Assembly (NCBI GenBank): GCA_002269645.1
Contig: NIVC01001979.1
Span: 152,678-216,677, forward strand
Length of the DNA: 64,000 nt
Direction: 5' to 3'
Source: Macrostomum lignano
Taxonomy: Eukaryota
The position numbers and the translations under genes were made by a program. Of this stretch, positions 24,321 through 35,070 are shown one piece after another. The notes beneath the pieces are model-generated. The model saw only the letters and a list, made by a program, of their open reading frames with translations. It did no database searches and was not told where the DNA came from. Each line of letters starts with the position of its first letter. Within the stretch, counting starts at the first letter, position 1.

Positions 24321-26815
24321 AATTCTGCATCTAAAAAATTTGTTTCTTGGGTAAAAAAAACAAAGCAAATTAGCAAACATATTAAAAAATAACTGGTCAT
24401 TATTCCCTTAAGCTATGTTAGCTATGGAAATTTCGCATTTAAAACAATTTCACCTGTAGACTATTTTACCCCTAAGCCAATTTGGTCATAGATTATTTAA
24501 CCATGTTAATTACCTATCCAAGGCAACAAATATTAATTAACAAAACTAGCATATAAACATAGATTTATATTATAAGTAACCATTAAATTTTATAATTTTT
24601 TAGAACTATAATATGAAAATGGTTAAATAACATAATCTTACCTAATGCTATATAAATATAGATATATCATAATTATAATAATATAACCTTTGATAAAATA
24701 AATGTTTGCAGGAAAGAAAAGTCTAGATACAAAATATCTATGATTATGGCCACAATAATTTAGGGGCAAAAACAAAATTTAAATAACAAAAATGAGAATT
24801 TAGTCAAAACATTCTTGTTTTATAAATGTAGGCCTAGCCTAATGAACTTTTTATGCTAGAAATTAACCATTTACTTTTTGTTTGGTTTTAAAAATAAAAT
24901 GCTTTGATATTAAAAGCTTATTATTATCCCCATGCATTAAAACTTGATTTATTTGGTAGGCCTATATTTAATGATCAATGTGCTTCCCAACCCCATCAAG
25001 TTTGATTTTAATTTTTCTATACCAATAGAATAGGTCTAGACTCTAGTCTAGTCTAAGTCTAGTCAGTGTGGCAGAACCAGGTAGTAGGCCTAACGATGAT
25101 GATATGATCTATTTTAATGATATTCTGACGATCCATCTATCTAGGCTAGGCCCCTAAGTCATATCTAATATCCATATCTGTATTTTAGGGATCGCAGTCA
25201 GCTCAAACAAGCCTGCTGCTGGCACTTGTACTCAAAATTAAGCATATTCAAAATTGATGATGTATCGAAAGTTGCTTTAGGAATAACTAACTCTGTACAG
25301 TGAAATGTATTTAACTCCCGTTTTTTATTAACGAATAGAAAGCAATACTATTCAGTTGTGATTAGGCTACAATATTGAATTTAGACGGTACTAGTTTGTT
25401 TGTCATTGTGCAGGCAATATGTACGAGTATCCAGCATGCAGTAAAGGCAACCAGCATGCAGGATATGCATGTTTATCGTACCTAAAATTGTGCTGAATTC
25501 GCGTATAAACTGCTGACACGGGTGGATGAGGAGAGGTTGGGAAGAGCGGAGGGCGAAGATTGGATGGATAGAAGCTTTCGCCGGGTTTTCATTGTTTTTA
25601 AGCATTTTTAAATATCAAAATGGTTAGCCAGGTGATGACGCTGGTCGAAAGACACTGCTCACTGGGACAAAGGGTGGCAAATTTTGAATGTTGCTGAGTA
25701 TATGCACACGTGCACAGTATATGTCTTATTTAAGAAGTTATAGATCTAATGTTTTAATTCATAACATTTCGCTATAGCTTGCAGCATCTTCAGGCTAGAA
25801 GTAAAAACGGTGAGTGCTTAAAAGTTTAAAATATTAATTGGATTCAGCTTCACCACAAAGTTGTAAGTACACTCCTGCAGCCCCTTCTTCCGCCGACTCG
25901 ATCATGTATGAATGTACATGTACCTTAACCTCACGTACACCAACCGCCTTACTCCCTCGCTACCAAAGTTTTAACCAATCACAGCGCGACTAGCCGACTA
26001 GCTACAGTAGGCATGTTCAGTCTCGTCACTTTTTAAAGCGATGCCGGTCATGCAGTCCAAGGCGGGTCAATGTCTATCTGTTCATACGTTACGTGCATGT
26101 GTGCTGCGTGACTTCAGCCAGTGCAGTTGGATTTAGGGGAGGTGCACAGCTGGGCCGCCCTCCCCCCGTTGAGTTAGAATTTTTTAATTTTTTTATATGG
26201 AAAATACACATTATCGCTCGTGTACATGTACATATACATGTACCTTAGTAATCTGCGCCCCCCATACAAAATTTTCTGGATTCGCACCTGACTTTAGCTC
26301 TAAATATAAGCAAATCTCAATTATACCTCGATCCCTTGCTTACGAGGGAAATTACATCAGCTTCATTGACATATCGATTCGTATTACTCTAACGATATTT
26401 TTATTGAACTTGTACTCATAATTTTTTAAATTTTGTCCTATGCTTCAATTGCAATATCAGCAATAACATTAACTACAGTACATGTTATACAGTGTACGCC
26501 AAGCTTATTTACATTTAGCTAGTCAATATATTATATAATTATGAATTAAATTATGAATGAAAAGTAGGGTATTTTTATTTTTTACAACACAAATATATCT
26601 CAACTCGTCTTTGTTAGAGAACACAAAAAATTAATTTTTACACGTATATAAATACAACAGTACACAGTGTACTTCAGTTATACCACTGATGTACATTTAC
26701 GAAGTATGTGCAACAAAATGTTTAAAGTGAATTTTTCTATACATTTAGTTAATCTTTTTTACAAATTAGTTAGTGACGTTCATGCCATGGATAATTGTGC
26801 ATCCGTTTCACCAGA

Positions 26816-26915
26816 TCACTGCTGACCACCAAGATGATTAACCATGACTGACAGGCCAACAATAAGACCAACGACGATAATAAACGGCAGCCAGGTAAGG
26901 ACGAGGCGAGGCCAG
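26816..26915 (-). CDS. TMEM222: TMEM222 last coding exon
   Basis: Acceptor TTGCAG|C; (S)WPRLVLTWLPFIIVVGLIVGLSVMVNHLGGQQ*; phase consistent with the upstream exon. Confidence 0.9.
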
Positions 26916-26987
26916 CTGCAATTTTTGTTTCGAAAAAATAATAAGTTTCTTTATTGGAATTGAATAAACAATCAATAACTCACTCAC

Positions 26988-27118
26988 CTAACGTAGCGAC
27001 AGTGCAGTGTAAAGAGAAAAAAGATGCGGACCATGTTCCACGTCTTGCAGCCGGAGTACTCCATCTTGTTAAGCGCCATGGCCACATGACTGTGACAGTT
27101 GTCGCAGAATAAATTGTG
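26988..27118 (-). CDS. TMEM222: TMEM222 coding exon 3
   Basis: CTGCAG|HNLFCDNCHSHVAMALNKMEYSGCKTWNMVRIFFLFTLHCRYV|GTGAGT; contains the family HNLxCDNCHSHVA motif. Confidence 0.95.
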
Positions 27119-27184
27119 CTGCAGATGGTTTGCGTAAGAATTTCACTGTGAAATTTGATGCTGGGTGAAATTCTCTGCCCAGAT

Positions 27185-27795
27185 CATAGTCTGCTCTCCC
27201 GCACTGCACCCAGGTCATAGAGTCTGCTCTCCCGCACTGCACCCAGGTCATGGAGTCTGCTCTCCTGCACTGCACCCAGGTCATAGAGTCTGCTCTCCTG
27301 CACTGCACGCAGGTCATAGAGTCTGCTCTCCTGCACTGCACCCAGGTCATAGAGTCTGCTCTCCTGCACTGCACCCAGGTCATGGAGTCTGCTCTCCTGC
27401 ACTGCACCCAGGTCATAGAGTCTGCTCTCCCGCACTGCACCCAGGTCATGGAGTCTGCTCTCCTGCACTGCACCCAGGTCATGGAGTCTGCTCTCCTGCA
27501 CTGCACCCAGGTCATAGAGTCTGCTCTCCTGCACTGCACCCAGGTCATGGAGTCTGCTCTCCCGCACTGCACCCAGGTCATAGAGTCTGCTCTCCCGCAC
27601 TGCACCCAGGTCATGGAGTCTGCTCTCCTGCACTGCACCCAGGTCATAGAGTCTGCTCTCCTGCACTGCACCCAGGTCATAGAGTCTGCTCTCCTGCACT
27701 GCACCCAGGTCATAGAGTCTGCTCTCCCGCACTGCACCCAGGTCATAGAGTCTGCTCTCCTGCACTGCACCCAGGTCACAGAGTCTGCTCTCCCC
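27185..27795. repeat. 33-bp intronic minisatellite (AGAGTCTGCTCTCCTGCACTGCACCCAGGTCAT)
   Basis: About 18 copies in the TMEM222 intron; source of the repetitive ORFs. Confidence 0.95.
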
Positions 27796-27931
27796 CGCTG
27801 ATATTCTGCTTTCTGCTCTGCTCTGCTATTGCTCCCAGTTCACCAGAGTCTGCCTACCCGTAACTAAATTCAAAATAGACTACTTAAAAAGCACTCAGAT
27901 AAAGCAATAAACACATATAGCTAATCCATAC

Positions 27932-28136
27932 CATGCGACCCTTGTAGACCTCGCTAGCATCATAGACAGCCCTGTCATAGACATCCCGTCCAACAGAGTC
28001 GATGTCCAGCTGCCAGTACTTGTAGGGCCAGCCAAAAGCCATCTGGTCCTCGCTTACTTCATATGGGCCAGCAAAATCGCGAACAACTCCAGCACTGGTG
28101 CAAATGCCCAGGTGGCCAATGAGGGGAATCAGCCAG
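27932..28136 (-). CDS. TMEM222: TMEM222 coding exon 2
   Basis: CCACAG|(S)WLIPLIGHLGICTSAGVVRDFAGPYEVSEDQMAFGWPYKYWQLD...ASEVYKGRM|GTATGG; matches the IGHMGIC...IRDFAGPY.VSED.MAFG motif. Confidence 0.95.
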
Positions 28137-29599
28137 CTGTGGCAGTGGTGGAGAGGAGTTCATTCATGAATGCATTTCTTCCTTGCACTAATATATCTAT
28201 CCCACTAATCCCATATTAGTTTTTAGCTTTGTTAATTTAAACCTATTGTTGGAATTTCTTCATTTCAAATTTTTATAGCTGTAGTAACTACTTATTATAG
28301 TAATTCAACAATCAATATAGGCAGGTTACTTATTGCTGTTTATTTTTGGGATCTCCCCATCAAATGTACCTACCCAAATGTATAACTATTTTAGGATCTT
28401 GGTTGGCAATGGATTTCTACATATTGACTGTATTTGGAGACTTTTATTGGCATAAAGTTACTTTTGAAGGAAGCTATAAGACTTCTGCTAATAAATAGTA
28501 GTCATAATATTATTATAAAACTGAATTATTTTTTAGAAAAAAGTGCTTATTTTCACTTCGATTTTTGGAAGTATAAATAACTCTTAAGTCATTTTATACA
28601 GAATTTTAACACATATACCATGCAAAAAGAATTAGAAAAAATTATCAAGCAGTTTTTCTATAATATGCATTCAAAGTCAGGCAACTTTATACATGTAAGG
28701 ACTCTAGTAAGATGTTTAAAAAAAGAAATTTCTAACTTTATTATCTAATCTATTGTTAGAACCTAATGAAATAAGTGTTTTGATACTTCATTTATGAAAT
28801 TTGGTCAAATAATCTGAAGTCATAGCATTTTAGGGCCTTATAGCCAGGATGGAATCTTTGCATGACAATTTTAGAACAAAAAGTTACATGCAATTTTTGC
28901 ACAAGTTTTTTAGCCTAAACTGCATAATTTTTTTGCACTTGAATTTTTGAGCAACTTTTTTACAATGTTTCATTTAAGTTTAAATAAAACTTGAAAAATA
29001 AATTTTATAATTCTATTTTTAAGTTTCATAGTTCTTAGTGGCTTTGTTTTTAATATGCAATAACTTTGTTTTACTGTAACAAGTGCAATATTCAACATTT
29101 TCAAATAAAATTATGCAAGATTTCTTAGAACAATAAGCTGTAAGATGTAAACCTTTTAAAGTTGCGCAAGTTTGCCAGAAATGTGCACACAACTGCGCAA
29201 GTTTTTGTCAGCATGCACGGAATGTGTCTAGGATTTTGTACAAAAATTCCATTCTGGCCTTATAGGAAAAATATAATTATTGTACATTATTGTCCTGAAC
29301 GAACCAAAATAAAAAATGAGACTAAAAATGCTAAAAAAATTTATTACTTAACCAAATTTCACAAATGAGGTATCAAAATACATGTCACTATGACTAAGTT
29401 TTAACAGACAAAAAATTGGTAAAAAATCAAATTTTAAATTTTAATTCTTTCAATATTTTGCTGGAGTGGAGTTGCTACCATTATAAAAATTGTCATTGAC
29501 ATTAGTAACAGCAGTAGAACTGAAGAAAACCCCTAGTAATACTTAGTAGCAGCATACGTTGTCAGCATTCTGCTAAAACTAAAGTCATGCGTAGCATAC

Positions 29600-29715
29600 C
29601 TAATACAAGGGAGTGGAGTCCAAACAACACAATGAGGATAGCGATGTTTCGAAGGATTTATTCTTTTTTCCATTTGGTCTTTCTTCGTTTCGGCTGGTTC
29701 TGATTCTGATTTCTG
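29600..29715 (-). CDS. TMEM222: TMEM222 first coding exon
   Basis: Acceptor TTTATGCAG|CAG; QKSESEPAETKKDQMEKRINPSKHRYPHCVVWTPLPCI|GTATGC; first in-exon ATG at 29673; matches the R(Y/F)PxCVVWTP motif. Confidence 0.9.
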
Positions 29716-30369
29716 CTGCATAAAGTACAATCAGATCAAAGACAACTGTTTAAGTAACCACAGTTTATAATTTGTAAATTTGTCAACGTTACGGATTGTA
29801 AAGAAAAATTGTATTCTTGAACCCTAAGGCCGCTTGCTTGTTTACATTACAGTTTTGTTCACAATTGAAAAATATTGAAATCTATTAATTTTCAACAATT
29901 ATGATTGAAAAAATAAACCGGAATTATATTCAGAGGTTAAAAAATAAACTCTTTTTGTTTAAATGTTTTACAGTCTTGACTCGGCACAATGGCCCCTTTT
30001 TCATGACGCTATCTTCCAAGAAGAAAAGCAGTATAGCTATTTAACTTTGTTGAATGTTTGACTGCTTAACAGCTTCACTTTGCACAATGTTTCACTTTTC
30101 TACTTGGCTATTGCCATTAAATATTAAATTTTTTTCGCACGCATATCCCGATCTAGTTTAGGAGAAAAAAGTTATACTTTACAAATTGGATCTGGTTCTA
30201 GAACCAGAACAAGCAAACATGAAAAGACCCATATCGTGAGACTTAAGTGTCGGCAATTGAGGTTTCTTATCGTGCTAGTCGCAGCGTCATTTTATTTAGC
30301 GGAATATCTTACGTTAAATAAAAAGGCAGAGTGATTTAGGCTATCAAAATGCAACAATGATGAAAAATA

Positions 30370-30600
30370 CAGTGGCAAATCATGGGGGTCAAGCGGCTGA
30401 CCCGGAGAAAACTGGGGGTCATGATCGAGCCCTGAAAAAAAAACAGAAAAAGTGTTCGTTTGCCCTATAATTCTTAATTATAGTTATATTGCTTGAAAAG
30501 TGAACTCGCGATCACTGGCGAATCCAATTATGAGGGGGCCGTGTTAAGGGTGTCGGGTGAACCCCCCCCCCCAGAAAAAAACCTGGTAGATCCACCACTG
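30370..30600. mobile_element. Degenerate MITE remnant (CAGTGGCGGAT-type ends)
   Basis: CAGTGGCAAATC at 30370 vs GATCCACCACTG at 30589-30600 (9/12 inverted match); TSD not clean. Confidence 0.4.
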
Positions 30601-33026
30601 AACAAATAATCAAAAATCATTATATTTACTGTATGCAAAGTGATGAGGACGCACTTTTTCGCAAATTCCACGCTAGCACATGGGCTCTAAACTTGCTAGC
30701 CTACTAACAGCAGCTGCTATGGGCATTTTTCTCCATTTTCTCTAAATTTTCATAGAATTCATACTAATTATATGATCTTGCCATACTAATAGTTATAATA
30801 ACATAGGCGCGGCTTTTGGGTCATAAATCATCGCGTTTGAAGCTGGTCTGACAGCCACCTGCGCCTCACTCAGTGCTGAGACTGGCGCCAGACGGTCTGA
30901 GGGGATGCGGGCGGTAGCTTTTTTCTCATCATTTTGACAGGCCATCAAGATTTGTGAGGTGCTTTAACAGCTATGCGTTTTACCCATAAAAGTACGTTGG
31001 GATTAGCGATTAGCGATTTCTCTTTATTATCTTCACTTTCTACTTAATAAGAGCTAATTTCTAATGTTTCTAATTTTTTCATTAATTTTTGTCATTCCTA
31101 CGCGACAGGTCATAAATCAATATGTAGCGATTTTGATTGATTTATGACCGCACCTGTCGTATTTTTATGGCCCCGAGGGAACTGATAGGATCTCTTGGTC
31201 ACGTGAGTTTGGGTGGCAACAGAAAATTCGACGTGCGTTATAACAAATAGGCTCAGCCAATCAGAATCGAGGTGTTCCATTATAACAAATTGCGGTCCAG
31301 TTGGCGGCTATTTAAACCGGTGTTTTTGGCCCACTTGGACTCCAACCGTTGCACTCTCGGGACACTCTCTGGACCATTGCGCTCCACCCGGTTCCACTTC
31401 TGGTTCCCGGAGCTCTTGATCCCCGGATCGCGGCTCCCCCCGTCACCATCAAGGACGAATTCCCCCGGTCGTCAGCAGCGAACATCAAAGTAAAGATCAT
31501 CACCTGCTAGCTATCTGCGAAGATTGTGACATCAGCACCATCCCGGGTCTACAGCTGCGAAGCACTAAGCCGATTCGGTCACTGTGGATTACCTGCATGG
31601 TCTCCGGCTGTTGAGTTTCTGATTGGTTGGGTGAGAGGCTACCTAGACTTGCTTGATTGGGTGATTCCTTATCTGTCCCCTATTTCAGCAGCTGGATTAG
31701 GCGCACACTTTTGTTCATTTTGTTCAACAGGCAGAAATCACTAATTAATAATACTGTTCGTAGTCTGAAACTCCAATTCAATCTGAGGTGTGAAGTGAAT
31801 CAGTGAGAAGGTTAAATCTGAGAGTTATTTTTATCGGTTTTATTTCTTTGTTCGCCGATGGCTCAGATGAGTAGCTAAGCTAGTAGGCGCCGGTCACAGT
31901 GGACCAATGGCAAGGCGGTTCTCAGTCGGTCAATCTATCAAATCAGTGAGCAAAATTGCCAATAGTGCAAAATCGGCGCTAGAGATGTACTCTGTGCACT
32001 CTAGGTTTGTCAAGTGGCTCGGGTAATGAATCATGCGGTCTCTGAGGTTCGAGTTAGTCTATCATCAGCGCTACGAGAGGCTAGTTGGCGCGTTGAAGGC
32101 CAAAAGTACAATTCCTCGTATTTAGCAATGTAATAGTATATGTAGCTACCCCATAATCTCGAGTCTCGCCACTGCAAGAATCCCCTGCACAAGTCTCCTC
32201 TGTGTCTGCATTGCCAATGCGATCTTAGTCCCAGCAGTGTCCCTTAACATCGGCTATGACTTCGAGATTGACAGCAAAAAGACACTAGTTGGCAGGTAAG
32301 TGCTAAGCCCCCTCTAGTCGGAAGCCCGATTTCGAAAGTTCCGGTTTGGTGAGCCAGAACGCACGGGCTGGTGGCAGCGGGTTAGCTAATCTGCGGATTG
32401 GGTAATCTCTACCTTCAAAACTCTCCCTGCTTGTCTCTCGCTGTCCCTCTCTTAGCTATAGGACCTAAACTGCTCGCCACAGATCAAGCTTCTTGGGGCT
32501 GACCATCTGACAGGAGTGGGGGGCCAGGACTCTAACTGATTTATTTCTGAGACCTGAGGCCCGAAGGCTTCCCCACAAGGGGGCCGAAAGGTCGAAACCA
32601 TCAAAAGGTACTAATATTACTTGTATTCCTCATCAATACTTATTGACAAAATTGCGATTCCTGTTTTTTCACTGATTATTTAACATAGCAATATTTTAAC
32701 CAATGAACATGTAGTAGCGCGCTACATGTATACCATCTTTATTTCTCTCATCCAAAGCTCCTTACTCCCTAGAGTCTTAAGGCTCTCCTGCCTGCTGTTC
32801 TTGGAGCATGAAGACAATGATATGATGCAAAACAGTGTTACATTAATACACACGAAAGTAATTAATACGGAACGTATGATGGATCGAATTAATGCTAAAA
32901 TGCAAAGATATTGGAATAGTTTATAGGATAAGGCCTACCACTGTTAGGTTCTGAGTTATATACACGTACATACGGGCGTACTCGCGTGCATTTTTCAAAC
33001 ATACAGTTAAGTTCAGTACTTTAGCA

Positions 33027-33240
33027 GGGGCCCATCACAAGCTCGAAAAATCACATCGTCGAAAAGGTTAACAACCACCATCACAAGCTCGAATAGGGTT
33101 AGGGTTAGAGCTTGTGCTTAGGGGTAGGGTTTAGGGTTAGGTTAGGGTTGGGGTTAGGGTTAGAGCTTGTGATTTTTTGAGCTTGTGATGGTGGTTGCTA
33201 GACTTTTCGACGATGTGATTTTTCGAGCTTGTGATGGTGG
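33027..33240. mobile_element. Small insertion with about 59-bp inverted repeats around a telomere-like (TTAGGG)n core
   Basis: IRs 33032-33090 / 33179-33237 nearly perfect; flanked by 8-bp direct repeat CTTTAGCA (33019-33026, 33241-33248). Confidence 0.75.
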
Positions 33241-33804
33241 CTTTAGCACGTAAAATCCTAGAAAAATGCATGGGTTACAATTTCTACACAAAGTACATGT
33301 ATTAGACTTCTTGCGTATCTTACAGTATGCGCGTTTTTGCAATGCCTCAGTGCGGATCAGATATCGGAGCTTGCATATGTTTACGTGTACGTGACGAAAT
33401 GATGTCGTTCTGAATTCAACTCTAATTGCTAAATATCCATAAGCTAGTGTTGAGATAGTCAGATAGCAGTTAGATTCCCTTACATCAGGGGTTGACAAAC
33501 TTATTTACCTCAAGGGTCAGCTAAATAATCAGCTCACGGCTGCGGGCCAGATAGATGCGAGAGAAGAGGAGAAGGAATAGTAGATGGAAGAGGAAAGAGA
33601 AGATGAGAGATAACAGAAAGTGAGAAGGGAGAGGCGAGAGAGGTGTTTTCGTAGAAATCTATCCGCAGCTTGTTTTTTCACATTTCTCTAATAACAATTG
33701 ACCCGTATACAACTGCCTGAACAAGTAATTTTTAAGTATGAACAATCGCATTCTGTTAAGGTAATGATAATTGTTAATGATAACAATTGGACTTCCTTGA
33801 GCCA

Positions 33805-34620
33805 TCCTCCGGGGTGCTTCAGGGAGATACGCTTGCGCCGTTCCTGTTGGTCCTGGTGCTTGACTGGATGCTGCGGACCGCTCTCCCTTCTACCGACGAC
33901 GGCTTTCTGCTGCAGCGACGCGTGGGTCGACGCCAACCGGAGAGGCGGCTCAGCGTGCTTGCCTGCTCCGACGGTCTCGTCATGTTGTCGTCGACCGTCG
34001 AGGGCGCCCAGCACCAGCTGGACCGGCTGGTGAGCGTTTCAGCGAGTGTTGGCCTGGTGGTCAACACTCAGAAGACCGCGTGCTCTGCATGCCTGCCGGA
34101 CGACATCAAAGCAACTATTTTGTGCGGACAGGTGACGAGGCTTCCCCGCTGTCAACAGTTTGTCTACCTCGGCGGTCTGGTGCCTGGCGTTTGCGAGGAC
34201 CTGCGACGCCGCCGTGGACTTGCCTGGGCTGCCTTCCGTTCCGTGAGGGTCGTCCTGCAGTCTGAGACCCTGCCTGATCGCTAGAGGGCGGCGCTGTTTC
34301 AGGCGGTGATCGAGACCGTCCTGTTGTACAACGCCGAGACCTGGACGCTGACGGATTCGCTCGAACAACTGGTCGATGCGGCGCACGCTGGCCTGCTGCG
34401 CGCCGCCTTCAAGATCGGCTACGAGCGAGTCACCAATGCGGCACTCTATCGCTGCACCGGCCCAGCGAACTGTTGCGCCATCGGCGACTCCAGCTGGTAG
34501 GCCTTATTATCCAAGCTGAGTCGTAGTGCCCGCTGCCGGTGCAGGAGGTGCTGTTGCTCACGCTGCAGGCACCCTACCGGCGGGTGATGCCGGCGCCCCG
34601 GACACTGCCGGCGGTGCGCC
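33805..34620 (+). mobile_element. 5'-truncated non-LTR retrotransposon (RTE/RTEX-like) RT and thumb fragment
   Basis: SSGVLQGDTLAPFLLVLVLDW, decayed YADD (LACSDG), GLVVNTQKT, FVYLGG, RRRRGLAWAAF, LFQAVIETVLLYNAETWTLT; stops and frameshifts. Confidence 0.88.
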
Positions 34621-35070
34621 CTATACTGTATAATTTCTGCTAATCACGGTAGCTACGAATATTTGCAATAATTGGTGCAATTGGCATTTTAAAAAATTAC
34701 AATTTAATTCATCGTTAGTCTGCTCGCGTGTGAACGAATAAATGAAAGTACGAGCTACATCATAGCTTTAAAAAAACAACTCAAACCAGGCAGTCAGTTG
34801 CCAGTCAGCTGAGAGAGGAGTGTGTTAATTTTATTCCTCGCTTGCTCACCCGTAGGTATGGTGGGAAGGCGCTCCCACCCGCGGGATCGGGGGGGGGCAC
34901 TCCTTGTCGCGTGCCCAATCCCCGCTCGCCTCCCGAACCATAAGGCTTCCTCTAACGGAAGGGGGGTTGGCCAAAGCCTCTCACTTTTCCCTGAATTTGT
35001 TTTGCTTCATCATTTCAGTCCCGGCTGCTCAGCTCGGCCTGTCCCTACCTGCCCGCCTTCAGCCAGAGCC

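Larger units (their letters stand above)
14708..25524. mobile_element. Giant foldback-type element, 10.8 kb, with 4.7/4.5-kb inverted arms and 7-bp TSD
   Basis: Left arm 14708-19418 is the reverse complement of right arm 21021-25524 (termini CACCCGTGTCAGCAG... / ...CTGCTGACACGGGTG). GATGAGG flanks both ends (14701-14707, 25525-25531). Mirrored ORFs in the track are identical or nearly so. Spacer 19419-21020. Confidence 0.92.

Noticed and set aside
15832-24400. Pro/Tyr-rich and WRRGRALE ORFs and the duplicated 62-75-aa ORFs in the arms
   Set aside because: Derived from low-complexity arrays or short random frames; their identity merely reflects the inverted duplication.
14708-25524. Palindrome as a long-read missed-adapter artefact
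   Set aside because: It has a unique spacer, arms with different array copy numbers, a return to unique DNA on both sides and a clean TSD; artefacts normally mirror out to a read or contig end. Read-level confirmation is still advisable.
33486-33560. hAT-like left end CAGGGGTTGACAAAC
   Set aside because: No matching right TIR or TSD found; at most a truncated remnant.
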